In this document: piece after piece, positions 1 to 9,806 of the stretch
Position numbering within the stretch: position 1 is the first letter of the stretch
Layout: each line of letters starts with the position of its first letter
Assembly (NCBI GenBank): GCA_030426345.1
Contig: JAUHYU010000013.1
Coordinates: forward strand, 1,286 to 65,285
Length of the DNA: 64,000 nucleotides
Reading direction: 5' to 3'
Source: Bacteroidia bacterium
GTDB lineage: Bacteria; Bacteroidota; Bacteroidia; Cytophagales; Cyclobacteriaceae
Made by a program: the position numbers and the translations under genes
Notes under the pieces: generated by a model
Seen by the model: only the letters and a program-made list of their open reading frames with translations
What the model was told of the DNA's origin: nothing
Database searches by the model: none

Positions 1-984
1 TGGTTCCACGAGGTACTGGTTTTGCGCATAGGAAAAGAGCAATCCGACTTCCGTTTTTCCTTCTTCTCCCTTCTTAGAAATATCATAATTCAAATATCCT
101 TGTATATCCGTAAATCGAGGTTTATACTCCCCTTTCGTTTCCAGGGTATTCAAGAGATACGCCGATGATTTTAATCTGGCACCCACGAGATATGTAAATT
201 TTTGGTCTTTAGAAATTCCTTCCAGATGCGCCGACCCTCCAAGCAACCCAGCTTGAAGTGATCCAGAAAATTCGGTTGGTTTTTTATAATTGATGTTCAA
301 TACTGAAGCGAGACCATCCCCATATTTTGTTTCCCACCCACCAGAAGAAAATTCTATTCCACTTACCAAATCTGTATTCACAAAACCTAACCCTTCCTGT
401 TGGCCGGAGGTGATGATCTGGGGCCGATAAATTGGAATATTATTTACATAAACTAAATTTTCATCAAAATTGCCACCACGAACGGAATACCCGGAGGAGA
501 ACTCATTATTGCTAGAAACTCCCGGCAAGGTAACGAGCAGCGCACCAATGTCTTGAAATGGGGATGCCATGAATTTGGAATTGATAGGGTCTAACCTGTA
601 GGTGCTAGCAGGCTCATGGAGTTCGTCCACCTTTTGATCGGTAACATTCACCTGCTCCAATAAACGCAATGAATCTTCTAAAACGATGATCAATTGCTTT
701 CCATCCTGGGGGAAATCAGCGATGGGAACTTCTATATCCGCATACTGAATATGCCTAAAAACCATGACTCCATCCAAATCCTGCTGCTCAACTTCCATGG
801 AAAAATTACCCTTTTTACCTGAAAAAGACCCTTGTCGCGTACCGTCTATCGTGATGTTGACATTAGGGATTGGCGTATCATTAGAATCCACAATTTTTCC
901 ATGAATAGTATGCGTATTATCCTGCGCAAAAATTTTGGCTGAAAGGCACAGAACAAGAAAAAACAGAAGAGAGGTTGATTTCAT
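1..984 (-). CDS. TonB-dependent receptor, N-terminal part (gene runs off the left edge)
   Basis: My own reverse-strand translation from the ATG at 984 stays open to base 1. It gives a signal peptide MKSTSLLFFLVLCLSAKIFAQ, a CarboxypepD_reg-like IHGKIVDSNDTPIPNVNI, then a plug-like GVSSNNEFSSGYSVRGGNFDENLVYVNNIPIY. It is missing from the ORF track because it is truncated. Confidence 0.8.
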   Translation of the reverse strand, partial: MKSTSLLFFLVLCLSAKIFAQDNTHTIHGKIVDSNDTPIPNVNITIDGTRQGSFSGKKGNFSMEVEQQDLDGVMVFRHIQYADIEVPIADFPQDGKQLIIVLEDSLRLLEQVNVTDQKVDELHEPASTYRLDPINSKFMASPFQDIGALLVTLPGVSSNNEFSSGYSVRGGNFDENLVYVNNIPIYRPQIITSGQQEGLGFVNTDLVSGIEFSSGGWETKYGDGLASVLNINYKKPTEFSGSLQAGLLGGSAHLEGISKDQKFTYLVGARLKSSAYLLNTLETKGEYKPRFTDIQGYLNYDISKKGEEGKTEVGLLFSYAQNQYLVEP

Positions 985-1004
985 AATAGACCTTTACATC
1001 GGTA

Positions 1005-1664
1005 CTATTGTGTTTTTGATTTCAGTTCGGCTATGGATTTTAGAGGGTTTTCAGCATTAAAAATAACGCTCCCTGCCACCATCACATCTACCCCGCAATT
1101 GGAAAGTTTGGCAGCATTGTCGGCGGAAACCCCACCATCTACCTGAATTAAAGTATCCAACTTATTATGAGTCAAAAATTGTTTCAGTTCCTGTACGCGA
1201 TCGTAAGTTGCCTCTATGAATTTTTGTCCACCAAACCCCGGGAAAACAGACATCACCAGGATCATATCCACATATTCTGCAAGGTCAAATATTTTATTTA
1301 TTCTGGTATCAGGATTGATAGCGATGGCCGGCTTGGCGCCTGATGCCCTTATTTCATTTAAAATAGCAATCAGATTTTTGTCCTTGCAGGCTTCGAAATG
1401 TACATTGATAATATCGGCCCCAGCTTTTCTAAAACCTTCAATATATTTTTCAGGATGTACGATCATCAAATGAACATCCAATGGTTTTTTAGTGGTTTTT
1501 TTAGCCGCTTCTACTATTGGGATACCGAAAGATATATTGGGAACGAACGACCCGTCCATCACATCTAGGTGAATCCAGTCTGCTTCGCTTTCATTGATCA
1601 TTTGAATGGTTTCTCCCAGCTTTAAAAAATCTGAGTTGAGTATAGAAGGTGCGATTAAAGCCAT
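1005..1664 (-). CDS. rpe: ribulose-phosphate 3-epimerase
   Basis: 219-aa ORF with RPE hallmarks HLDVMDGSFVPN, DVHLMI, PGFGGQKF and VDGGV. Confidence 0.93.
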   Translation of the reverse strand: MALIAPSILNSDFLKLGETIQMINESEADWIHLDVMDGSFVPNISFGIPIVEAAKKTTKKPLDVHLMIVHPEKYIEGFRKAGADIINVHFEACKDKNLIAILNEIRASGAKPAIAINPDTRINKIFDLAEYVDMILVMSVFPGFGGQKFIEATYDRVQELKQFLTHNKLDTLIQVDGGVSADNAAKLSNCGVDVMVAGSVIFNAENPLKSIAELKSKTQ

Positions 1665-1677
1665 TAAAAGATATAAT

Positions 1678-3330
1678 TTAAAGTACTACTAATTTAGATT
1701 TTTTCATTTCCCTGCCATCGTCATAAGTCAAGATATATGATCCGGGTCTCAAAAAGGATACATCTATCTCTACAGGGTCGATGGTGTTTTTTATATTCAT
1801 TGTTTTCGTCCTGAGAAAACTTCCTTTTAAATCATAAAAATTCAACTTTGTAGCTTTGTCAACGGTAAGCGTGTCTGTATAAAAATAGATGACGCGCTTG
1901 TTTGTCACGGGATTGGGAAAGACGACAAATTTATGGTCCAAATCTGTCTCATTGCCATTGGCTTTATTATATGCTTTGGAAAAGTTTGGTATCCCAAACC
2001 CAAGCAAAGTATCCGGACTATTTGCCTGGCTTGCAGTAATTTTTAAATACTGAATTACATCCATATTAGTCAATTCAGGAAAAGCCTGCCAAAAACCCGC
2101 TGCCAACCCTGCCACCATTGGAGCAGAAAAAGAAGTGCCGTTGGCAAGAGTTACTTCATTTCTGTATACAACTTTAACAGACGATCCAAGCGAAGCGATA
2201 TCGGGCTTTATCCTGCCATCGCTGGTGGGGCCAAAGGAACTAAAAGACGACCGTTTCATATCGTAGGTAGAAGCACCAACCGATAGTACGGAATCTGCAT
2301 CAGCAGGGGCATTTAAATATCTCCAAGTGGTATTTCCTTCGTTTCCGGCACTGCTTACCACCAACATTCCCTTAGAAGCTGCCAAGGTCGCCGCCCTTGA
2401 AATAACAGTTGTTTTCCCATCCATATCTTCATAGGAATAATCCATATTATCATCATCAAAATAAGAATAGCCAACCGAAGAGTTGATAATATCAACCCCA
2501 AGGCTATCTGCATATTCTGCTGCAAATAGCCAGTTGTACTCTTCTATCATGTATTCTGAGCCTATATCTTCTGTAACGCAAAGTGCCAAATTCACATTGG
2601 GAGCAGTTCCCGAATATTCCCCTGCATTGTATGCGCTAATGCAAGAAAGCACCTTAGATCCATGATTATCATATTGAAATACGTTTGATGAACCCCTCAC
2701 AAAGTCCTTTGTTCCCTTAATTCTATTTTCATTAAAAAGATGCGTGAAGTATGACGAATTATCAACGAATTCATACCCCGAATCAAAAATTGCCAAGAGG
2801 ATTCCATCTCCTAAGTAACCCGCGTCATGCATGACCCCCACACCAATAAATTCATTTTGAGCTTGAGATTCATTGTCATTTGCAGCACCTAGCTCTACCA
2901 CTTTCTTTTTTTGACTTTTCCTACCGCCATTAGAGTCGGAGTTAATCAATTTACTGCCCAATGCCACATAAGCTACATCACTCACAAAAGACAGAGATGC
3001 TACATCATCAACCAATGATTCTTCCATTTCTACCAAAACTCCATTCATCCATTTGGTAGGGAAATACACGTCAACATCATGTAGCAACTCAAGGGCGGTA
3101 AGATAACCCTCGGAAACAGGTAAGTCATTGGCATTAATATCGATATTTTGATTTCTTCTACGCTCAAGTGCTTTCGCCGATAAAAATTCCTCAGGCTTTT
3201 CTATGGTATATGCACTTCCATTCTTATCCTTAAAAAAAACCATATAGCGATTGACGCCGCCCATAGCGGGCATTGACAAAACAAAAAATAACAGAAGTGT
3301 ACTTAGTGTACTTAACTTATTCTTCCCCAT
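1678..3330 (-). CDS. S8 (subtilisin-like) serine peptidase with T9SS C-terminal sorting domain
   Basis: 550 aa with a signal peptide. Triad contexts are AIFDSGY (Asp), DNHGSKVLS (His) and GTSFSAPMVAG (Ser). The last ~80 aa (FVVFPNPVTN...KLVVL) look like a type-A Por/T9SS CTD. Confidence 0.88.
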   Translation of the reverse strand: MGKNKLSTLSTLLLFFVLSMPAMGGVNRYMVFFKDKNGSAYTIEKPEEFLSAKALERRRNQNIDINANDLPVSEGYLTALELLHDVDVYFPTKWMNGVLVEMEESLVDDVASLSFVSDVAYVALGSKLINSDSNGGRKSQKKKVVELGAANDNESQAQNEFIGVGVMHDAGYLGDGILLAIFDSGYEFVDNSSYFTHLFNENRIKGTKDFVRGSSNVFQYDNHGSKVLSCISAYNAGEYSGTAPNVNLALCVTEDIGSEYMIEEYNWLFAAEYADSLGVDIINSSVGYSYFDDDNMDYSYEDMDGKTTVISRAATLAASKGMLVVSSAGNEGNTTWRYLNAPADADSVLSVGASTYDMKRSSFSSFGPTSDGRIKPDIASLGSSVKVVYRNEVTLANGTSFSAPMVAGLAAGFWQAFPELTNMDVIQYLKITASQANSPDTLLGFGIPNFSKAYNKANGNETDLDHKFVVFPNPVTNKRVIYFYTDTLTVDKATKLNFYDLKGSFLRTKTMNIKNTIDPVEIDVSFLRPGSYILTYDDGREMKKSKLVVL

Positions 3331-4009
3331 ATTCCTTCAAATGCTGAAAATAGCGAATTCCTGACTCCACTTTTTCCAAACCGTAATCATCTCCTTGCTT
3401 GTAATTTAATATAATATTTTCTTTGTACACCAAACCAATGTTTTTAGCGTAAACTTCCTTTTGCGAAATGGTCTTTACCAATACATCCGGTAATATTTCC
3501 TGAATTACCGTAATGGTTTCCGCAAATGCTTTGTAAACTCCTTCGTAAGAATATCCAACGTTAATCATTTCATATTCATCTGCATTCATTCCACTTAGCC
3601 TATTGCCGTCCCATGTTTTACTTTCAGAAACAGGAAATGATAATTTCACTTTAGGAACGTTATTTTCAACCATCACAGCCGCAAACTCATCCTTTCTAGC
3701 GATCCAGATTGAGTCAATTTCCCATGAATCCGCTTCATCCGATTTCTTCTCTCTCAAAATTTCATAGGAGATTCCGGCAGCTAGGTTCTCAAAGGTATCA
3801 GCTGCGCTTTCCCGTAAAAAGCATGAAAATTCCATGCTGTCAGTCGAAGAAATATACTGCGTTCCCTCCACCCGATAAATTCTATATTCTCCAGTCTTTA
3901 ATGGGAAATAATGCGATCCCAACTCTTGAGGATTTACCTCTTTTGTCTCGGTGCATTGCCAGAAAAATACTGTGGTAATCGCCAAAAATATAAAGACACT
4001 AAACCGCAT
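3317..4009 (-). CDS. hypothetical lipoprotein
   Basis: The ORF track gives 3317..4051, but that start overlaps the mnmA 3' end. The internal ATG at 4009 yields MRFSVFIFLAITTVFFWQC, a lipoprotein-type signal. The stop overlaps the S8 peptidase start by 14 nt. No family recognised. Confidence 0.6.
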   Translation of the reverse strand: MRFSVFIFLAITTVFFWQCTETKEVNPQELGSHYFPLKTGEYRIYRVEGTQYISSTDSMEFSCFLRESAADTFENLAAGISYEILREKKSDEADSWEIDSIWIARKDEFAAVMVENNVPKVKLSFPVSESKTWDGNRLSGMNADEYEMINVGYSYEGVYKAFAETITVIQEILPDVLVKTISQKEVYAKNIGLVYKENIILNYKQGDDYGLEKVESGIRYFQHLKEYGEE

Positions 4010-5114
4010 ATTCCTTCTTTCTGAAACTCGACATGATCCATCCGCCACCAATCACATCATCGCCTTCGTAAAAAACGGCAGCTTGTCCTGGAGCTATGGC
4101 ATTAACTCCATTACCAAAAAACACCTTCATAACATCTCCGGTTTGTTCGATGATCGCGGGATGACCTGGATCATTGTATCGGACTTTAGTAATGGTGTCC
4201 ATTTTATCCGAAATAAAGGGCTGTTTTCCCATGATTAGCTTGTTTACGTACATGCCATCACGTGACAACTCATCGAAAGTTCCCAAAACCACGCGATTTG
4301 TATCTTTCTGTATTTCTGTGACATATACAGGATAACCTAAAGCAATTCCTAAACCTTTCCTCTGTCCAACTGTATAGAAAGGATAGCCCTCGTGTGTACC
4401 GACCACGGTACCATCTTCCAACACAAACTCCCCTCCTTTTACTTCATTTTCGAGTTCGGGCACACGGCGTTTCAAGAACCCGCGATAATCATTATCAGGC
4501 ACGAAACAAATTTCATAAGATTCCGATTTGGTTACCAACTCGGTAAATCCCCGTTCAGTTGCCATTTCATATATTTCTTTTTTTGTTAAATCACCTAGCG
4601 GAAATATTGTCCTGCTGAGGCTTTGTTGGGAAACTCCCCACAAGGCATAAGACTGATCTTTTAAATGATCTTTCCCTTTAGAAATGATATATCTATCATT
4701 TTCATGACGAATATTGGCATAATGTCCTGTGGCGATAAACTCACATCCAAGCTTGTCCGCCCGCCTCAACAATGCATCCCATTTGATATGGGTATTGCAC
4801 AGCACGCAGGGGTTTGGCGTACGCCCAGCGATGTATTCGTCAGTAAAATAGTCGATGACAAAATCTCCGAATTCATTGCGGATATCAAGAATATAATGTG
4901 GGAACCCAAGGCTTACGGCAATATTTCTGGCATCATTTATAGAATCAAGACTGCAGCAGCCTGTTTCCTTTTTGGATGAACCAGAAGATGCATAATCCCA
5001 TGTTTTCATGGTCATGCCAATGACCTCATATCCTTGTTCGTGCAGTAAAACCGCAGCTAGAGAGCTATCGATGCCCCCACTCATTGCTACTAAAACCCTT
5101 CCTTTCTTGCTCAT
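3999..5114 (-). CDS. mnmA: tRNA 2-thiouridine(34) synthase MnmA
   Basis: PP-loop VAMSGGIDSS plus CCS...NPCVLCN and the conserved C-terminal barrel. The ORF-track start at 5195 is probably an over-extension. The ATG at 5114 (MSKKGRVLVAMSGG) or at 5129 is more plausible. Confidence 0.9.
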   Translation of the reverse strand: MSKKGRVLVAMSGGIDSSLAAVLLHEQGYEVIGMTMKTWDYASSGSSKKETGCCSLDSINDARNIAVSLGFPHYILDIRNEFGDFVIDYFTDEYIAGRTPNPCVLCNTHIKWDALLRRADKLGCEFIATGHYANIRHENDRYIISKGKDHLKDQSYALWGVSQQSLSRTIFPLGDLTKKEIYEMATERGFTELVTKSESYEICFVPDNDYRGFLKRRVPELENEVKGGEFVLEDGTVVGTHEGYPFYTVGQRKGLGIALGYPVYVTEIQKDTNRVVLGTFDELSRDGMYVNKLIMGKQPFISDKMDTITKVRYNDPGHPAIIEQTGDVMKVFFGNGVNAIAPGQAAVFYEGDDVIGGGWIMSSFRKKEYAV

Positions 5115-5300
5115 TTTTCCTTTTTTCATCAGGTTGAATGCCTGACTTTTAAGACAATCTACACAGCCTTTGCACAGATTTAGAATAAAACGCAAAAATA
5201 CCTGTAATAGCCGATATTGAGAAATGAAAGTAGATAATATTCATAAATTACTGTTTTTCCTTAGAGCCCTTCTTATCTTTCATTGATCGAAATAGTCTCA

Positions 5301-5320
5301 AAAGCCTTAAAAACCCATGA
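5301..5320. repeat. single copy of window-wide motif (AAAGCCTTAAAAACCCATGA)
   Basis: Read directly from the sequence. Lies in the mnmA/acnA divergent intergenic region. Confidence 0.8.
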
Positions 5321-5383
5321 CTATCAGAACACTATCAGCTATGATTAGTTTATTATAATACGACTATCAAACCAAATGTAATT

Positions 5384-8176
5384 ATGCCTAACGATCCGTT
5401 CAAAGTAAAAAAATCATTAAAGACTAAAACTGGAAGCCATACTTATTATAGCCTTCCGGAACTACAAAAACAAGGTTATAATATCAGCCAACTCCCTTTT
5501 TCCATTAGAATCCTATTGGAAAACGCCTTGCGCAACTATGATGATTTTGCAGTGACCAAGGAAAATATTGAAACACTTTTGAATTGGACGCCAAAGGGAT
5601 CGGACAAGGATATACCATTTAAGCCCGCTCGGGTTTTGATGCAGGATTTTACGGGTGTGCCAGCCGTAGTTGACATTGCATCGCTTCGCGCAGAAGTAGC
5701 TAGAAAAGGGAAAGACCCAAATGGTATAAATCCTCTCATTCCTGTGGATTTGGTTATTGACCACTCGGTGCAGGTAGATTATTTCGGCACACGATATGCG
5801 TACAAACGTAACATGGAGACCGAATACGAGCGGAATACCGAACGCTATCAATTTCTGAAATGGGCTCAAAAATCCTTTGATAATTTCAGTGTAGTTCCTC
5901 CGGGAATGGGCATTTGCCATCAGGTTAATTTGGAATATCTTTCTAAAGGAGTTGTGGAAAGAGATGGGGAGATTTTTCCTGACACGCTAGTGGGAACTGA
6001 CAGTCACACACCCATGGTCAATGGTATCGGAGTGGTGGCGTGGGGCGTTGGTGGCATCGAGGCTGAGGCTGCGATACTTGGTCAGCCCATCTACTTTACC
6101 ATGCCTGAAGTCATTGGTCTCAAACTCACAGGAAAGCTTCCATTGGGATCGACCGCTACGGATTTGGTGCTTAATATTGCTGATTTGTTGAGAAGGCATG
6201 GTGTTGTAGGAAAATTTGTGGAAGTGTTTGGCCCAGGCCTTGATCATCTTTCTGTTCCTGACAGAGCGACCATTGGAAATATGTCTCCTGAATTTGGTTG
6301 TACCATTACTTATTTCCCGATTGACGGTAAAACGCTGGAATACATGCGCAAAAGCAACCGTTCTGAAGAACAAATTGAACTGGTAGAAACCTATTGCAAA
6401 GCCAATATGCTTTGGCGCGAAAATGAGGATAAAATCCATTACACCACTGTTTTGGAATTAGATGTTGCCAGCATCGAACCGACCGTAGCAGGCCCAAAAC
6501 GCCCTCAGGACAAAATTTATCTGAAGAACTTCAAACCTAAATTCATAGATTTATTGGGTCAGTCATTTGGTAGAAATTATATAGAACAAAAAAATAGGGA
6601 GGTAGATCAATCCATCAAACGTATGCAAGGTGAAGGTGGTGATCAGCCCGTTGTCCAACCGAGACATTCCATTCATGGGGAAGAAATTGAAACTGAAGAA
6701 AGGGGCGGATTAAAGACGGTTTGGATCACACAGGATCAAGATAAATTCATGCTTTCTGATGGATCTGTTGTCATTGCAGCTATCACTTCATGTACCAATA
6801 CTTCCAATCCCTTTGTGATGGTCGGGGCTGGATTAGTAGCCAAAAAAGCCAGAGAACGCGGCATCGACATTAAGCCATGGGTAAAAACATCGCTGGCTCC
6901 TGGCTCCAAAGTAGTGACTGATTATCTGGAAAAAGCAGACCTGATGAAAGATTTGGAAGCTTTGCAATTTCATTTGGTAGGATACGGCTGTACTTCTTGT
7001 ATTGGCAATTCCGGTCCGCTCCCTCCCCAAATAGCCAAAGCAGTCGAGGATCATGATTTAGTTGTGGCATCTGTGCTTTCCGGAAATAGGAATTTTGAAG
7101 CACGAGTACACCCGCAAGTGAAAATGAATTTTCTGATGTCTCCTATGTTGGTGGTTGCTTTTGCCATTGCCGGTAGGGTGGATATCGATATGATCCATGA
7201 TCCTATTAGTTTTGATAGAAATGAACAACCTGTTTTCTTAAAAGACATATGGCCAACGGATGATGAGATCAACGAAGTATTGAGTAGGGTGTTGTCACCA
7301 AAAGATTTTGCCAAGAATTACGGTGAGATATTCGAAGGCAATGAGATCTGGAGAAACCTAAAAGTCCCGGAAGGTAAATTATATAAATGGAATTCTGATT
7401 CGACCTACATCAAAGAAATTCCTTTTTTTCATGGAATTTCGGCCCATTCCGAGCCCCTGAATGACATCAATGAAGCAAGGGCTTTATTGGTTTTGGGAGA
7501 TAGCATTACGACAGATCATATTTCACCAGCGGGTTCTTTCAAAGAACATTCTGCTGCAGGCCAATATCTAGTCGGTCGTGGAGTAAAAAGGGAAAATTTC
7601 AATTCATACGGATCCCGACGAGGAAATGACGAAGTTATGGTTCGGGGCACTTTTGCCAACGTCCGGATTAAAAATAAATTGGCAGAAAAAGAAGGTGGAT
7701 ATACCCGTTATTTGCCTACGGGTGAAGAAATGTCTGTTTATGATGCATCGGTAAAATACCAAGCCACGCAGACTCCATTATTGGTTTTGGCAGGAAAAGA
7801 ATATGGCAGCGGCTCATCTAGAGACTGGGCCGCCAAAGGCACATTTCTTTTAGGAATAAAATGTGTACTGGCAGAAAGCTATGAGCGCATCCACCGCAGC
7901 AACTTAGTTGGTTTGGGAGTGCTGCCATTGCAATATAAGCCTGGTGAAAATGCAGCGATCTTAGGAATTACTGGTAAGGAAAAATTTACATTCACTGGCA
8001 TTTCAGAAGGGATCAAACCGCAAAAGGAAATTCAGGTCACTGCCAAAAATGAAGATGGGAAAGAGATAACATTCGAAGTGATAGCGCGACTTGATTCGTT
8101 GATTGAAATTGAATATTACCGCAATGGCGGGATTTTACAATACGTACTGCGCCAGTTTCTTGCAAAGGATAATTGA
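5384..8176 (+). CDS. acnA: aconitate hydratase AcnA
   Basis: 930 aa of the aconitase/IRP family with DSHTPM, SCTNTSNP, GCTSCIGNSG and GSSRDWAAKG. Confidence 0.95.
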   Translation: MPNDPFKVKKSLKTKTGSHTYYSLPELQKQGYNISQLPFSIRILLENALRNYDDFAVTKENIETLLNWTPKGSDKDIPFKPARVLMQDFTGVPAVVDIASLRAEVARKGKDPNGINPLIPVDLVIDHSVQVDYFGTRYAYKRNMETEYERNTERYQFLKWAQKSFDNFSVVPPGMGICHQVNLEYLSKGVVERDGEIFPDTLVGTDSHTPMVNGIGVVAWGVGGIEAEAAILGQPIYFTMPEVIGLKLTGKLPLGSTATDLVLNIADLLRRHGVVGKFVEVFGPGLDHLSVPDRATIGNMSPEFGCTITYFPIDGKTLEYMRKSNRSEEQIELVETYCKANMLWRENEDKIHYTTVLELDVASIEPTVAGPKRPQDKIYLKNFKPKFIDLLGQSFGRNYIEQKNREVDQSIKRMQGEGGDQPVVQPRHSIHGEEIETEERGGLKTVWITQDQDKFMLSDGSVVIAAITSCTNTSNPFVMVGAGLVAKKARERGIDIKPWVKTSLAPGSKVVTDYLEKADLMKDLEALQFHLVGYGCTSCIGNSGPLPPQIAKAVEDHDLVVASVLSGNRNFEARVHPQVKMNFLMSPMLVVAFAIAGRVDIDMIHDPISFDRNEQPVFLKDIWPTDDEINEVLSRVLSPKDFAKNYGEIFEGNEIWRNLKVPEGKLYKWNSDSTYIKEIPFFHGISAHSEPLNDINEARALLVLGDSITTDHISPAGSFKEHSAAGQYLVGRGVKRENFNSYGSRRGNDEVMVRGTFANVRIKNKLAEKEGGYTRYLPTGEEMSVYDASVKYQATQTPLLVLAGKEYGSGSSRDWAAKGTFLLGIKCVLAESYERIHRSNLVGLGVLPLQYKPGENAAILGITGKEKFTFTGISEGIKPQKEIQVTAKNEDGKEITFEVIARLDSLIEIEYYRNGGILQYVLRQFLAKDN

Positions 8177-8205
8177 TATTTGTTAATACACAACTAAGTA
8201 TTTTC

Positions 8206-8553
8206 ATGGAAAAAATAGGCATTAAGCGCATTTATGATGAGGTCGATGGTAAAGATGGCTACCGGATTCTAGTTGACCGAATTTGGCCCAGAGGCCTCAA
8301 AAAAGAAGATGCCCAGGTTGATGAATGGAACAAAGATATTGCCCCATCGACCGAATTGAGAAAATGGTTTGGCCACGAGCCCAAAAAGTATGGCGATTTC
8401 TCTAAGAAATACCGAAAGGAATTAGATAGCAAATCCGAAGAACTCGAACAAATTAGAAATGTGGCAAAAAGACAAAAAGTCACTTTGCTATATGCTGCGA
8501 AGGACAAGAAACATAATCAAGCCCTAGTGCTACAGGAAGTACTAGAATCATAA
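8206..8553 (+). CDS. DUF488 (YeaO-like) family protein
   Basis: YRILVDRIWPRGL and DIAPSTELRKWFGHEP are typical of DUF488. The ATG is at 8206. The ORF-track start at 8173 is a non-ATG codon overlapping the acnA stop. Confidence 0.75.
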   Translation: MEKIGIKRIYDEVDGKDGYRILVDRIWPRGLKKEDAQVDEWNKDIAPSTELRKWFGHEPKKYGDFSKKYRKELDSKSEELEQIRNVAKRQKVTLLYAAKDKKHNQALVLQEVLES

Positions 8554-8579
8554 AAGCTTGTGACCATAAATAAAATACG

Positions 8580-8627
8580 AAAGCCTCTAAAATCCATGGA
8601 TTCATAATCATGGATTTTAGAGGCTTT
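8580..8627. repeat. inverted pair of the motif (19-bp perfect arms, 10-nt loop), terminator-like
   Basis: AAAGCCTCTAAAATCCATG (8580-8598) and CATGGATTTTAGAGGCTTT (8609-8627), followed by TTTTA. Lies downstream of the DUF488 gene. Confidence 0.9.
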
Positions 8628-8704
8628 TTACTGACGAATTTTGTCAAAATAATCCCAACCCAAACTATGGGCATATTCCCTTCTGTCTTACCTTTGCGCC
8701 CGAT

Positions 8705-9757
8705 ATGAGAGAACAGCTTGTTTCCACACGTACACGCCCGGTAGCCATCTGGTTGCTGGTCGGCGTTTTTATGATTATGGTTCAGGTTTTACTTGGCGGA
8801 ATTACCCGGCTCACAGGCTCGGGATTGTCCATTACCGACTGGGCACCGATCATGGGGGCGATCCCTCCGCTCAATCATGCCGACTGGCTAGAGGTTTTTC
8901 ACAAGTACCAACAAACGCCACAATCTCAGCTGCTTAATTCCCATTTTATGCTAAGTGATTTTAAATCCATCTTTTTTTGGGAATGGTTCCACCGCTTTTG
9001 GGGCAGGATGTTGGGAGTCGTTTTTATGATTCCATTTTTTATCTTTTTGGCTCAAAAACGCTTTACGCGTGGAATGACAAAGCCCATGATCATCCTTTTT
9101 CTGCTAGGTGCTCTTCAGGGCGTCGTAGGATGGATCATGGTAAAAAGTGGATTGGTGGACAACAATATCAAAGTAAATCATATCAAGCTGACCATCCATT
9201 TCATGGCAGCAATGGTATTGTTCTGTTATACGGTATGGTTTGCGCTGAAGGTGCTCATAAAAGATGGGCAAAAGACCGTCGCTCCTCGTTTATGGAATTT
9301 TACGCTTTTTATTCTGGTAGTACTGACTATTCAATTAATTTATGGCGGATTTATGGCAGGGCTGCGTGCCAGCCTTGCCGCGCATACTTGGCCTGACATC
9401 AACGGGATGATCATCCCTACAAGCATGCTCAGCCTCAGTCCAGCGCTGGTCGATCTGACAACCAATTCCATAACCGTGCAATTTATCCACCGAGGCTTAG
9501 CCTATATGCTCATCATATTTGTGGCCATTTGGTGGTGGCAAGCCCGTAAAACACAAAAAGATAAATTATTCTACCGCCTGTGTTGGTTGCCAATAGCGGT
9601 AGTCCTTTTGCAGGTTCTTTTAGGAATCCTCACGGTTATAAACAGCCATCTCCATATTCCAGTCGAGTTGGCGACGGCACATCAATTTGTTGGAATGTTG
9701 CTGTTAGGTGTAATCTTTGTTATGCTTTTTTTAATCCGGAAAAAACTAGCATCCTAA
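8705..9757 (+). CDS. ctaA: COX15/CtaA family heme A synthase
   Basis: 350-aa polytopic protein with paired His-containing helices (WFHRFWG, HFMAAM, FIHRGLAY, TAHQFVG). Confidence 0.8.
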   Translation: MREQLVSTRTRPVAIWLLVGVFMIMVQVLLGGITRLTGSGLSITDWAPIMGAIPPLNHADWLEVFHKYQQTPQSQLLNSHFMLSDFKSIFFWEWFHRFWGRMLGVVFMIPFFIFLAQKRFTRGMTKPMIILFLLGALQGVVGWIMVKSGLVDNNIKVNHIKLTIHFMAAMVLFCYTVWFALKVLIKDGQKTVAPRLWNFTLFILVVLTIQLIYGGFMAGLRASLAAHTWPDINGMIIPTSMLSLSPALVDLTTNSITVQFIHRGLAYMLIIFVAIWWWQARKTQKDKLFYRLCWLPIAVVLLQVLLGILTVINSHLHIPVELATAHQFVGMLLLGVIFVMLFLIRKKLAS

Positions 9758-9778
9758 AGAAGGTTTCGTTCTCTTCAA

Positions 9779-9798
9779 AAAGCCTCTAAAACCCATGA
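9779..9798. repeat. single copy of motif (AAAGCCTCTAAAACCCATGA)
   Basis: Lies between the convergent ctaA and nucleoside-transporter genes. Confidence 0.8.
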
Positions 9799-9806
9799 AA
9801 ATAATA

